Shown here in pieces: positions 8,750-17,503 of a stretch of 64,000 nucleotides of DNA. Source of the DNA: Nitrososphaerota archaeon (GTDB taxonomy: Archaea; Thermoproteota; Nitrososphaeria; PSMU01); contig PSMU01000003.1 of assembly GCA_040290255.1 (NCBI GenBank), positions 64,001-128,000 on the forward strand, given 5' to 3'. The notes beneath the pieces were generated by a model. The model was not told the DNA's origin, did no database searches, and saw only the letters and a list, made by a program, of their open reading frames with translations. How positions within the stretch are numbered: the stretch's first letter is position 1; the number at the start of each line of letters is the position of its first letter. The position numbers were made by a program, and so were the translations under genes.

Positions 8750-10807
8750 ACGGCCAAGGACCTGATCTGCGGCATGTACGTCGATGAGGAAAGGACGCCC
8801 TATAAGGCGAGGAGGGGGCAGAGGGTGTACTATTTCTGCAGCGCGGGCTGCCTAAGGGCCTTTGAGGCGCCCTATCAGGAGCTGAGGACGCTGCGCTGGC
8901 TTGCCGCCCTGAGCGCCGGCCTGGCCATCCCTATTCTGGCCCTGACGTACCTGAACCCTTCGCTGCCCCTCCTGCCCCGCGAGATATGGCTCTTCATCCT
9001 GGCCCTGCCCGTGCAGGCCGTGGCCGGCCTTCCCTTCTACAGGGGCGCTTTGGATGCGGTAAGGGCGAGGGCCGCCAACATGGATACTCTTATAGCGCTG
9101 GGCACCAGCGCGGCCTTCCTGTACAGCGCGCTCGCAACCTTCGCGCCCTCCGTCTCCGGAGCCCAGGGCCTTTACTATGACGTCTCGGCGGCAATAATAG
9201 CGCTCATCTTGATAGGAAGGCTGGCCGAGAGGAGCGCGAAGCGAAGGGCCTCGGAGGCGATAGCCAGGCTCATGGAGCTCCAGCCCTCCGTAGCGCGCGT
9301 AATCAGGGAGGGAAGGGAGGTGGAGGTGCCCGTCGAGGAGGTGAACGCCGGCGAGCTCGTGGTCGTGAGGGCGGGCGAAAGGATACCCGTGGACGGGGTC
9401 GTGGTGGAGGGGTACGCGGCCGTGGACCAGGCGGCCATGACGGGCGAAAGCGTGCTCGCAGAGAAGAAGCCAGGGGATAGGGTGCTGGCCGCGACCGTGA
9501 ACCTCTCGGGCCTGCTTAAGGTCAGGGCGGAGAGGGTGGGCCAGGACACGGCCTTCGCGGAAGTGATAAGGACGGTCCAAGCCGCCCAGCTGTCCAGCGT
9601 TAGGGTACAGAGGCTGGCGGACAGGATCTCGGCCTACTTCGTTCCCGCGGTCATGGCCATCGCGGCGGGCTCCGCGCTGGGCTGGAGGCTGGCGGGCATG
9701 AGCCCGAGCTTCGCGCTGCTGGTGGGCGTGGCCGTGCTGATTATAGCCTGTCCCTGCGCGCTGGGCATCGCCACGCCGGCAGCGCTGGTGGTGGGCCTGG
9801 GAAGGGCTGCCCAGGCCGGCATCATAATAAGGGAGCCCGAGCAGCTAGAGAGGCTGCACAACATTACCACGCTGATCTTGGACAAGACGGGCACGCTGAC
9901 GCGAGGAAGGCCCAGGGTCACCGCCGTGCACGAAGCCAGCGATGAAGGAAGCAGGGCCGCCGCCGCAATGGCCTCGGCTTCTTCCCACCCCCTCTCTAAG
10001 GCGATAGCGCTCTGGGCCCAGGGCCTGGGCCTACAGGAGGATCCGGCCGAGGGCGTGGAGGAGGTGCCCGGCAGGGGGCTGAGGGGGAGGTGGAGGGGTA
10101 AGGAAGTCCTGCTGGGCAACTTGAGGTTCATGAAGGAGCAGGGCATCGCGCTAGGCCCGCTGGAAGCGGTGGCCGAGGGCCTGCAGGAGAGGGGCATGAC
10201 GCCCGTCTGCGTGGCCGTCGAGGGGCGGCCGGCGCTGCTGCTGGGGCTGGAGGATGAGCTCAGGGAGGGGGCGGAGGAGGCGGTAAGGGAGCTCAGGCGC
10301 AGGGGGCTGGAGCTCCTGCTCGTCACGGGCGATGAGGAGAGGGTCGCGAGGGCCGTGGCGAAGAGGCTTGGGATAGAAGGCTATGTAGCGGGCGTGCTGC
10401 CCGCTGACAAGGCGGCCCTGATAAGGAGGCTTCAGGCGCAGGGGAAGAGGGTGGCCATGGCGGGCGACGGCATCAACGATGCGCCGGCCCTCGCGCAGGC
10501 CGACGTAGGAATAGCCATGGGGGATGCCTCGGACATAGCGAAGGAGGCGGGGGGCATAGTGCTGGTGCGCAGCGACCCGAGGGATATCGTGAGGGCGATC
10601 GATTTAGGCAGGAAGATCATGGGCAAGATTAGGCAGAACCTCTTCTGGGCCTTCGCGTATAACGTGGCGCTCATACCCGTGGCGGCGGGCGCGCTATATC
10701 CTCTCTTCGGCCTGCTGCTGAGCCCCATCCTTGCCGCGGCGGCGATGGCCCTAAGCTCGATAACGGTGGTCACCAACTCGCTGTCGCTGCAACGGTTGAA
10801 GGTCTAG
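8750..10807 (+). CDS. copA: Cu(I)-translocating P1B-1 ATPase with N-terminal TRASH/YHS domain
   Basis: TGES, CPC, DKTGT, HP, GDGINDAP, YN and MxxSS motifs. The TRASH motif (AKDLICGM) begins upstream of ATG 8774, so the start is placed at ACG 8750 behind SD GGAGGTGA (8736-8743). Confidence 0.93.
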   Translation, partial: TAKDLICGMYVDEERTPYKARRGQRVYYFCSAGCLRAFEAPYQELRTLRWLAALSAGLAIPILALTYLNPSLPLLPREIWLFILALPVQAVAGLPFYRGALDAVRARAANMDTLIALGTSAAFLYSALATFAPSVSGAQGLYYDVSAAIIALILIGRLAERSAKRRASEAIARLMELQPSVARVIREGREVEVPVEEVNAGELVVVRAGERIPVDGVVVEGYAAVDQAAMTGESVLAEKKPGDRVLAATVNLSGLLKVRAERVGQDTAFAEVIRTVQAAQLSSVRVQRLADRISAYFVPAVMAIAAGSALGWRLAGMSPSFALLVGVAVLIIACPCALGIATPAALVVGLGRAAQAGIIIREPEQLERLHNITTLILDKTGTLTRGRPRVTAVHEASDEGSRAAAAMASASSHPLSKAIALWAQGLGLQEDPAEGVEEVPGRGLRGRWRGKEVLLGNLRFMKEQGIALGPLEAVAEGLQERGMTPVCVAVEGRPALLLGLEDELREGAEEAVRELRRRGLELLLVTGDEERVARAVAKRLGIEGYVAGVLPADKAALIRRLQAQGKRVAMAGDGINDAPALAQADVGIAMGDASDIAKEAGGIVLVRSDPRDIVRAIDLGRKIMGKIRQNLFWAFAYNVALIPVAAGALYPLFGLLLSPILAAAAMALSSITVVTNSLSLQRLKV

Positions 10808-10844
10808 CCTCAAGCTTTTATGGGACACCGGCGCCGGCAGGGCC

Positions 10845-11141
10845 GTGAGGTGGACCAAGGCGGGTGCCCTGGGCCTGGCATGTTCCCTGCTGGGCCTTGG
10901 CCTCCTCCTCTTCACCTTCTCGCTGGCCTATGCGCTCTTCAGGGCCTACCAGCTGCTTCAGCCCTCCTCCGACCTGGGCCCTTCGATGGGGACGCTGCTG
11001 CATGCGGCCGTGCAGGCGCTCTTCTTAGGAATCCTCGGCTGGACGGGCTCCCTCTTGATGCTCAGGGGCGTCGATTACCTGAAGGTGGATAGGGAGGCTG
11101 GCATCATGGCGGCGGGCAAGCAAGAAGGGAAATCCTCGTAG
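10845..11141 (+). CDS. Small 2-TM hypothetical membrane protein
   Basis: Two hydrophobic helices, genome-typical codon use, first gene of a tight three-gene run. Confidence 0.7.
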   Translation: MRWTKAGALGLACSLLGLGLLLFTFSLAYALFRAYQLLQPSSDLGPSMGTLLHAAVQALFLGILGWTGSLLMLRGVDYLKVDREAGIMAAGKQEGKSS

Positions 11142-11144
11142 GGC

Positions 11145-11933
11145 TTGGCCTCTCCTTTAAAGGGAGCGACGGGGGCCATAGGCCTTGCCCTGGTGCTCTT
11201 ATCGCTCACGGCGCTGGTGACGGCGGGCTACTCGCTTTATGCGGAGTTCAGGGCCCTGGCGCAGGCTCCAGCCTTTACGCTGCGCCAAGAGAGCGAGGCG
11301 GGGAAGCTGGCGCTGGTGCTCTCGGGCGACCTGCCCAACGCCGGGCTATATCCTCTGGCGGGCTCCCTCGCCCTGGCGCTGCGCGTGGGGCAAGAGCCGC
11401 TGGCGCTTGCGGCGCCCGCCCCCTTCGAAATAGCGCCCGGCTCCAGAGGGGCCGTGAGCGCGCGGCTCACCCTTGAGCCCTTCTCGGTAGGCAACGAGAG
11501 CCTTCTCAGGAGGCTGCTGCTGAACGGCACGACGGCCCTGTTCCTGGCTAACCTGAGCCTGACGCTGAGGCCCCTCGCCTCGGCGCAGGTCAGCATAGCC
11601 AGGCCCACATCCCTTCCGCCCGCGATGGGGAACCTGAGCGTGGGCCGGCCCACGCTCTCGCTGGAGGGGGGTAGGATCGTAATCAGCATACCAGTCGCCT
11701 TCAGGAACTATACGCCGCTGACGTACACGGCCTCGCTCTCCTGCGCGCTCTCGATGCAGGGAAGCGTGCTGGGCCTCTGTGAGCCCGTGACCGTAGAGGC
11801 CCCTGCGGGCCAAGGCGTTGCGCTCGTGCTGAGGCTTTCCTTGATGCGCGAGCCGTCGCCGCCCTATCTCTTAGAACTTCATGTGCGCGTCGGCCAAAGG
11901 GAGCTCCTCATCCCCGTTCAGGTGAGCGGCTGA
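11145..11933 (+). CDS. Membrane-anchored protein with two LEA_2/Ig-like beta domains
   Basis: N-terminal TM; repeated xNxGLYPLxG / xNYTPLTY strand patterns; N-glycosylation sequons NES, NGT, NLS. Confidence 0.65.
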   Translation: MASPLKGATGAIGLALVLLSLTALVTAGYSLYAEFRALAQAPAFTLRQESEAGKLALVLSGDLPNAGLYPLAGSLALALRVGQEPLALAAPAPFEIAPGSRGAVSARLTLEPFSVGNESLLRRLLLNGTTALFLANLSLTLRPLASAQVSIARPTSLPPAMGNLSVGRPTLSLEGGRIVISIPVAFRNYTPLTYTASLSCALSMQGSVLGLCEPVTVEAPAGQGVALVLRLSLMREPSPPYLLELHVRVGQRELLIPVQVSG

Positions 11934-12346
11934 TGGCCTGGCGCCGGGGCCTGGCGGGCAGGGCAACGAGGGCCCTGCTCTCGCTGGCCTTCAATGTCCT
12001 GCTCTGGCTTTACCTGCCCAGGCTTTATGTGGGCCAGCTGGGCCAGGCCCTGGGCCAGGAGCTGCTGCCCTCAAGCCTGCTCTTGGCCTTCGGGCTCGGC
12101 ATCGCGGCGCTCCATGCGGCCGCGAAGGTGCTAGAGGGCCACGGACTCTCGCCCCTGCTCAGCTCGGGGGCCTACCTCGCCTCCTCCTACTTCACATACC
12201 TCCTGGCCCATGGGGGCAGGATCGAGCTGGCCCAGCAGGGGCTACAGCTGAGGCTAGATTACTCGCCTCTCCTGTGGCTTCTTCTTCTGCCACAGCTCTA
12301 CGGCGCCGTCCGGGCCCCGCTGCTCTACCTCCTAAGCGAGGAGTAG
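11933..12346 (+). CDS. 4-TM hypothetical membrane protein
   Basis: Hydrophobic; TGATG coupling to the previous gene. Confidence 0.7.
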   Translation: MAWRRGLAGRATRALLSLAFNVLLWLYLPRLYVGQLGQALGQELLPSSLLLAFGLGIAALHAAAKVLEGHGLSPLLSSGAYLASSYFTYLLAHGGRIELAQQGLQLRLDYSPLLWLLLLPQLYGAVRAPLLYLLSEE

Positions 12347-12376
12347 CGCGGCATGCCCAGGGGCCAGCGCCATCGG

Positions 12377-13147
12377 CTACGCATCGTAGGCTTCGGGCCT
12401 GCGCTCCCCCAGCCTCTCCTGTCTAAGGTGCCGAAGGGCGGCAGGGTTCACTTCGGCGAGCAGGATCCCCTTGCCATCCGGCATGACGTGCTTCTTTAGC
12501 AGCATGACCCCCTCCTGCTCATCGTAGTAGAGGTCCACGATGATGCTCCTGCCGATAAAGAGCGGAGGAGCATAGGCGTTGGGCGCCACGACGGGCACGC
12601 GGTTTTCCAGTGCCCGGGCCATTACATAGATGTGCCAGGGCTCCGTGCCCCTGCGCACGATCAGCGAGGGCACGAGCAGCAGCTCCGCGCCCTTGAGCGC
12701 GAGGGCCCTGGCGCTCTCCGGGAAGACTACGTCATGACAGACCAGCACTCCCGCCCTTATGCCATCGACCTCGAGCAGTTCATAGCCCGAGCCAGGCGCC
12801 GCCAGCTCCCTCTCGCGCCCGTATAGGTGGACCTTGGCCTGTCGGCCTATGAGCGTGCCCTTTGGCGAGAGCGTCGGGCTCACGAAGCGCACGGGATTGC
12901 CCGCTTCGTACAAACCGCCCAGGTTGATGTAGAGGCCCAGCTCCGCCGCCAGCTCCGAGAAGGCCTTGTAGAGCTCGCCCGAGGGCTCGATCACGTGGGA
13001 GGCCAGCCAGTGCTCCGGCAGGCAGACCAGCCTGGCTCCCTGGCGGGCCGCTTCGCGCACCAGGGCCTCGGCTTCCTTTATTCCCTGCTCACGGGAGGCC
13101 TGATGCACGCCCATCTGGACGGCGGCGATGCGCAGGGGGCCGTCCAA
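12377..13147 (-). CDS. Carbon-nitrogen hydrolase (nitrilase superfamily)
   Basis: Catalytic triad in LPE, KVHL and VCHD; ARALEN motif. Confidence 0.92.
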   Translation of the reverse strand: MDGPLRIAAVQMGVHQASREQGIKEAEALVREAARQGARLVCLPEHWLASHVIEPSGELYKAFSELAAELGLYINLGGLYEAGNPVRFVSPTLSPKGTLIGRQAKVHLYGRERELAAPGSGYELLEVDGIRAGVLVCHDVVFPESARALALKGAELLLVPSLIVRRGTEPWHIYVMARALENRVPVVAPNAYAPPLFIGRSIIVDLYYDEQEGVMLLKKHVMPDGKGILLAEVNPAALRHLRQERLGERRPEAYDA

Positions 13148-13198
13148 GCTCTGAGGGCCTTGAGGCGACCGCTAAAAAGCCTTGCCGTGTCCCATGAG

Positions 13199-13384
13199 CT
13201 ACAGCGTGTGAGTCAGGCAGATATCGTTGCAGGCCCTGCAGAAGACCTGCTCATAGCCCAGGGCGTTGGTGCGCTTCTCATGCTCGTCCAGCGCGTGCGC
13301 GCAGTTACAGCGGGAGCAGGTGCACTTGGGCGCCTCTGCCTCTTGGCTCACCTCCTGCCTCTTCCTCCCTAAGATTTTAAACAT
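13199..13384 (-). CDS. Small Cys/His-rich putative zinc-finger protein (alternative start GTG 13351)
   Basis: CxCxxCxCxH...H...CxxC...C; TGATG overlap with the upstream gene. Confidence 0.65.
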   Translation of the reverse strand: MFKILGRKRQEVSQEAEAPKCTCSRCNCAHALDEHEKRTNALGYEQVFCRACNDICLTHTL

Positions 13385-14790
13385 CAGGGCATCACCTCCA
13401 GCTCCAGCGTAGTGGAGACCTGCAGGTATTGAGAGGAGGCCGTGACCGTCAGCGTATATCTGCCGGGGGCCGCGCCGTTCGTGGCCTCGAGCAGGAGCGA
13501 GAGCTGCGCCGCCTGCCCGGCCGCGAGCGAGGCCTGGGCCTCGGAGAAGGAGGCCCTTATTCCCACTAAGGTGCCGTTATTGCTCATGCTCCCCGTCGCC
13601 TCGAACTTCAGGGCGACGGGCTCTTTAGCGCTTACGCTCAGCGGGAGCACGGCCTGCCCTCCCCTGGAGAGGGTAACTTGATTTGCTAGCGCGGCTATTT
13701 GAAAGGGGAGGGGGTCGGGGAAGTGCACCACGCCCACCTTGCCCTCGGTGACCTCGGAGAACCAGACGTCGCGGCTGGGGGCCAGGCTGAAGAAGATCGC
13801 GTTCACGAAGCTGCCAGAGGCCGAAAGCGGAAGCTTCACCTCCACCAGCTGGCGGGCCTCGGGCGAGTAGAATCCTATCTTGTTCCCGATGTGCTCATTG
13901 AAGTAAACTCTCCCATCGCTGGCCACGGCCCAGTAGGGCAGGTTGCCCGAGCTGGGATAGACGAGCCCGGCGGAGGTCGAATAGGAGAGGACGGAGCCCG
14001 TCACGGGGTCCACCGAGATGAGAAGGCTGGGCCCATGCTGCACCAGCCAAAGCCTGCCCGAGGGGTCCACGGTCAGGCCCGATGCCAGGTAGAGGGGCCG
14101 GGAGAGCTGCAACAGCTGCACGGATAGCGTGTTCAGGTCCACATAGCCCACCCCTCCCGGCAGGTCGCTCTTCTCATAGGAGACCCAGGTGAACCAGAGC
14201 CTCTGTCCCGCCAGGGCGAGCTCGATCGTGCCGGCCCTTTCGCCGAGCCCGGGCACCCTAAGCTCCCTGACCGCATGCGCGGAGGGCGAGATGTAGCCGA
14301 TGGAGGGCGCATAAAACTCGGTGAACCAGACCACGCCCTTGGGATCCACGAGCAGTCGCCCGGGAAAGGCGCCGGCCCTGGGCACGGCATAGCTGGAGAA
14401 CCTTTCATTTTGAGGGTCAAAGGACCAGATAAGGTTCTCATAGCCGCTCGTGAACCAGAGCGTGCCGTTGGCATCCTCATCCAGCCCCCAGGCGCTGACC
14501 GTCCTCGAGCTCGGTATCTTATACGCGACGTAGGCCCCCGTGGCAGGGTCCAGCCGGAAGAGCTGCGACGTGTTCGAGGCCACGAACCACACATAGCCGC
14601 GGCTGGCCGCCTTTATGGCATAGGGTGCTAGGTTCCTGTTCCCGAAGTCATACTCCTTAACGTAGGGGCCATAGGATGACACGCGGGCGCCCCCCCTAGC
14701 CGCGAGGGGCGCCTGGTTGACGAAGCCCAGTAGGAGGAGGGCGCCGATGACGGCCAGCGCGGCAAGGGGAATCAGAAGGCTCCTCCTCAT
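13384..14790 (-). CDS. Secreted or anchored Vgb (virginiamycin B lyase)-like beta-propeller with C-terminal Ig-like domain
   Basis: Signal/TM at N-terminus; repeated GxVWFTE blades; C-terminal PGRYTLTVTA. Confidence 0.8.
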   Translation of the reverse strand: MRRSLLIPLAALAVIGALLLLGFVNQAPLAARGGARVSSYGPYVKEYDFGNRNLAPYAIKAASRGYVWFVASNTSQLFRLDPATGAYVAYKIPSSRTVSAWGLDEDANGTLWFTSGYENLIWSFDPQNERFSSYAVPRAGAFPGRLLVDPKGVVWFTEFYAPSIGYISPSAHAVRELRVPGLGERAGTIELALAGQRLWFTWVSYEKSDLPGGVGYVDLNTLSVQLLQLSRPLYLASGLTVDPSGRLWLVQHGPSLLISVDPVTGSVLSYSTSAGLVYPSSGNLPYWAVASDGRVYFNEHIGNKIGFYSPEARQLVEVKLPLSASGSFVNAIFFSLAPSRDVWFSEVTEGKVGVVHFPDPLPFQIAALANQVTLSRGGQAVLPLSVSAKEPVALKFEATGSMSNNGTLVGIRASFSEAQASLAAGQAAQLSLLLEATNGAAPGRYTLTVTASSQYLQVSTTLELEVMP

Positions 14791-14846
14791 GGCGGCGCTC
14801 GGGGGCACTGTAATATTAATTTGCGGCCTTAAGGATAGGAAGCCGC

Positions 14847-15689
14847 TTGGGCTTCGTGGACTTCCACGTGCACCTCCCCTCGAGGGGCTTCCTCAATACG
14901 CTGAGCCCGCTCCTGCCCACGCTCAGCGCCTACTTTAGGGCCGAGGTCAGGGAGAAAAGGGTGGAGGAGGTGCTGAGGGAGCTCAAGGAGGGAGGGGCCG
15001 AGAAGGCCGTCATCCTGCCCATAGATGCCTCCCCCGTCACCGGCCTGCCGGGCGATAGCAACGAGTTCATGGCCGAGGTTCAGGCGCTAGATCCCGAGCT
15101 GCTCGTCTGCTTCGCTACGGTGAGGCCCTCAAGCTCCAGCGCCATGCTCCAGCAGCTTAAGGCTGCCGTGGAGCGCCTGGGGCTCAGGGGACTCAAGCTG
15201 CACCCCCACCTGCAGGCCCTAAGGCCCACCGATCCAAGGCTCTTCCCGCTGTATGCCTATCTGCAGGAGAGGGGCCTTCCGGTGGTGGTGCACACCGGCA
15301 TCACGGGCATAGGGGCGGGCGAGGCGGGAGGCTATGGCATCGAGCTCGAGCTCGCCCGGCCGGCGGAGGTGGATAGGGTGGCCGCGCAGTTTCCCGACCT
15401 CAAGCTGGTCATGGCGCACTTCGGCTGGCCTTGGCACGAAGAGGCCCTGGCCATCGCCCTACACAAGGGCAACGTATACCTTGACATTTCGGGCTGGGCG
15501 CCCAAGTACATACCCGCGCCCGTGCTCCAGCACATGAAGTCGAGGCTGCAGGATAAATTCCTCTTCGGCTCGGACTATCCCATGCTTAAGCATGATAGGC
15601 TGCTGCGCGAGCTGGCCGAGCTGGGCCTCGGCGAGGAGGTCACCAGGAAGCTTCTGCGCGAGAACGCCCTAAGGCTCCTGCGGGGTTAG
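14847..15689 (+). CDS. Amidohydrolase_2 family metallohydrolase
   Basis: DFHVH, GLKLHP, HTG, MAHFGWPW, FGSDYP motifs. Confidence 0.92.
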   Translation: MGFVDFHVHLPSRGFLNTLSPLLPTLSAYFRAEVREKRVEEVLRELKEGGAEKAVILPIDASPVTGLPGDSNEFMAEVQALDPELLVCFATVRPSSSSAMLQQLKAAVERLGLRGLKLHPHLQALRPTDPRLFPLYAYLQERGLPVVVHTGITGIGAGEAGGYGIELELARPAEVDRVAAQFPDLKLVMAHFGWPWHEEALAIALHKGNVYLDISGWAPKYIPAPVLQHMKSRLQDKFLFGSDYPMLKHDRLLRELAELGLGEEVTRKLLRENALRLLRG

Positions 15690-15708
15690 CGGCGCGCCGT
15701 GCGTTAGG

Positions 15709-15715
15709 TTTAAAA
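15709..15715 (+). promoter_or_regulatory. TATA box for the uORF-grs transcript
   Basis: TTTAAAA beginning 33 nt before ATG 15742. Confidence 0.55.
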
Positions 15716-15741
15716 GGCCATAAGCCGCGCCAAGGAAACAT

Positions 15742-15813
15742 ATGACCTCTCAGAGGAGCGTCATGGGCCGGGGCGGCTGCCCCTGCGCCGGCGCGACATC
15801 TGAGGTGGCATAA
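15742..15813 (+). other. Putative leaderless 23-codon uORF / structured leader of grs
   Basis: MTSQRSVMGRGGCPCAGATSEVA*; stop is 1 nt before the grs GTG; contains SD GAGGTG at 15802-15807. Confidence 0.4.
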
Positions 15814-15814
15814 A

Positions 15815-17503
15815 GTGGCCAGGTTCGTGCTGATCTCGGACCTGACGCTACTACATGATTACCATCATTTCCCCCTGCTCGACTTCCTGCCCTGTGCCCC
15901 CTCGGGCTCCCTTCCGGTCTTCGTCTACGAGTACCTGAAGGGGAAGAGCGTGGGGCACGTCAAGGGCAGGGTGGTGGCGGCGCCCTATGGGCTCAGGAAG
16001 CTTGAAGCCGCCCTGTTGACCGAATTTAGCGAGCAGGAGGTCGTAGTGGCCCACCCCGACTTCTTGGAATACTTCATAAAGGAGGATACGGAGGTCATCG
16101 GGGTCTACACGATGGACCCGCTCGGGCTCGGGCCCCTGACCGTTTCCTATTCCGTGCTCTTCAACAACACGTCGAAGCCCTTCGTGCTGGTGGAGTTCGA
16201 GAAGCTCATCTACAGGATCAACAGGGCGAGGAGGGGAACGAAGGCGAGGCTAGTAGTGGGAGGACCTGGCGTCTGGGAGTTCATGATGAGGCCCTACGAG
16301 CTGGACAGGCTGGGCATAGATTACGCCTGCCAGGGCGAGATAGAGGACGTGGCCTGCGAGCTGTTCAGGATGTTGGCCAGGGACGCCAGCCCCAGGGGCG
16401 AGTTCTTCCGCGGCTTCCAGACCTTCGACGAGAAGTTCCGCGTTGTCTTCTTCGCCCACGACAAGTTCATAACGAGGAGCCCACGGCAGAAGCGCTTCCC
16501 CTCGCTCGAGGAGGTGCCCAAGATAAGGGCCCCCGCCTATAAAGGGCTGGTGGAGGCGATGAGGGGCTGCGGCATCAACTGCGACTTCTGCGAGGTGACG
16601 CTCAGGCCGCTGCGGTACTTTCCGCCCGAGTATGTGAGGGATGAGATCCTCGTGAACATGGGCGCGGGCTATGATGCCGCCTGGGTGCACAGCGACGAGA
16701 TCTTCGCCTACAAGCACGGGAGAAACTACGAGCCCAACGGAGAGGCACTGAAGGAGCTCTTCTCGACGATCATGGGCATAAGGGGCATCAGGCACTCGAA
16801 CCCAACCCATGGGCGCATCTCCATCCCCGCCGGCTTCCCGGAGGTGATCAGGGACCTCTCGGCCATCCTGAGGGCCAGCGCCGAGAACTGGATAGGCATC
16901 CAGCCCGGCATAGAGACGGGCAGCGACCGGCTTGCCATGAAGCACATGCCCAACAAAACGCTCCCGCTCAGGATAGGGCCCGATGGCACATGGAAGGAGA
17001 TCGTGCTGGAGGGGACGAAGAACCTGAACAGGTACTTCTGGTTCCCCGCCTTCACCGTGCAGGTCGGGCAGTTCGATGAAAGGCCCGAGGATAACTGGGA
17101 GACGGTGGCGCTGATAAACCAGCTGGGCGCGGCGGAGGTGGATGGCAGGCGCTTAGTCTGCACCGTGACGCCCATGCAAAACGTGCCCCTGGGCCTGCTG
17201 AAGGGCAGGTCCTATTTCACGGCGGAGATGATCGATGCTTCCCAGATGGCCGTCTACTACGCGGCCTACAGGCACCTGATGAAGGTGGCCATCAGGAATT
17301 CCGGCTGGATAGCCAGGGGCAACATATTCACTCGCGCGGCCCTTAACGTGCTCTTCTCGGCGGGCAGCTGGGCCCTCCTGCACTATATTGAGACCCTGTG
17401 CAGGAGGAAGGGCGTGGACATCGAGAGGGTGAAGAGGCACGGGCTCGATGAGTCGGCGCCGATGCCTCAGCGCCTGGCCGAGGAGAGCTATGTACCCGCC
17501 TAG
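15815..17503 (+). CDS. Radical SAM protein, GDGT ring synthase (Grs) family
   Basis: EAMRGCGINCDFC (CxxxCxxC), APYGLRKLE, MDPLGLGP, VVGGPGVWE and WVHSDE match Grs homologs as I recall them. Confidence 0.78.
   Translation: MARFVLISDLTLLHDYHHFPLLDFLPCAPSGSLPVFVYEYLKGKSVGHVKGRVVAAPYGLRKLEAALLTEFSEQEVVVAHPDFLEYFIKEDTEVIGVYTMDPLGLGPLTVSYSVLFNNTSKPFVLVEFEKLIYRINRARRGTKARLVVGGPGVWEFMMRPYELDRLGIDYACQGEIEDVACELFRMLARDASPRGEFFRGFQTFDEKFRVVFFAHDKFITRSPRQKRFPSLEEVPKIRAPAYKGLVEAMRGCGINCDFCEVTLRPLRYFPPEYVRDEILVNMGAGYDAAWVHSDEIFAYKHGRNYEPNGEALKELFSTIMGIRGIRHSNPTHGRISIPAGFPEVIRDLSAILRASAENWIGIQPGIETGSDRLAMKHMPNKTLPLRIGPDGTWKEIVLEGTKNLNRYFWFPAFTVQVGQFDERPEDNWETVALINQLGAAEVDGRRLVCTVTPMQNVPLGLLKGRSYFTAEMIDASQMAVYYAAYRHLMKVAIRNSGWIARGNIFTRAALNVLFSAGSWALLHYIETLCRRKGVDIERVKRHGLDESAPMPQRLAEESYVPA

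Noticed and set aside
13199-17503. RiPP cluster idea (radical SAM plus Cys-rich peptides plus hydrolases)
   Set aside because: The radical SAM matches the Grs lipid family and shows no SPASM or RRE features, so there is no evidence for peptide modification.
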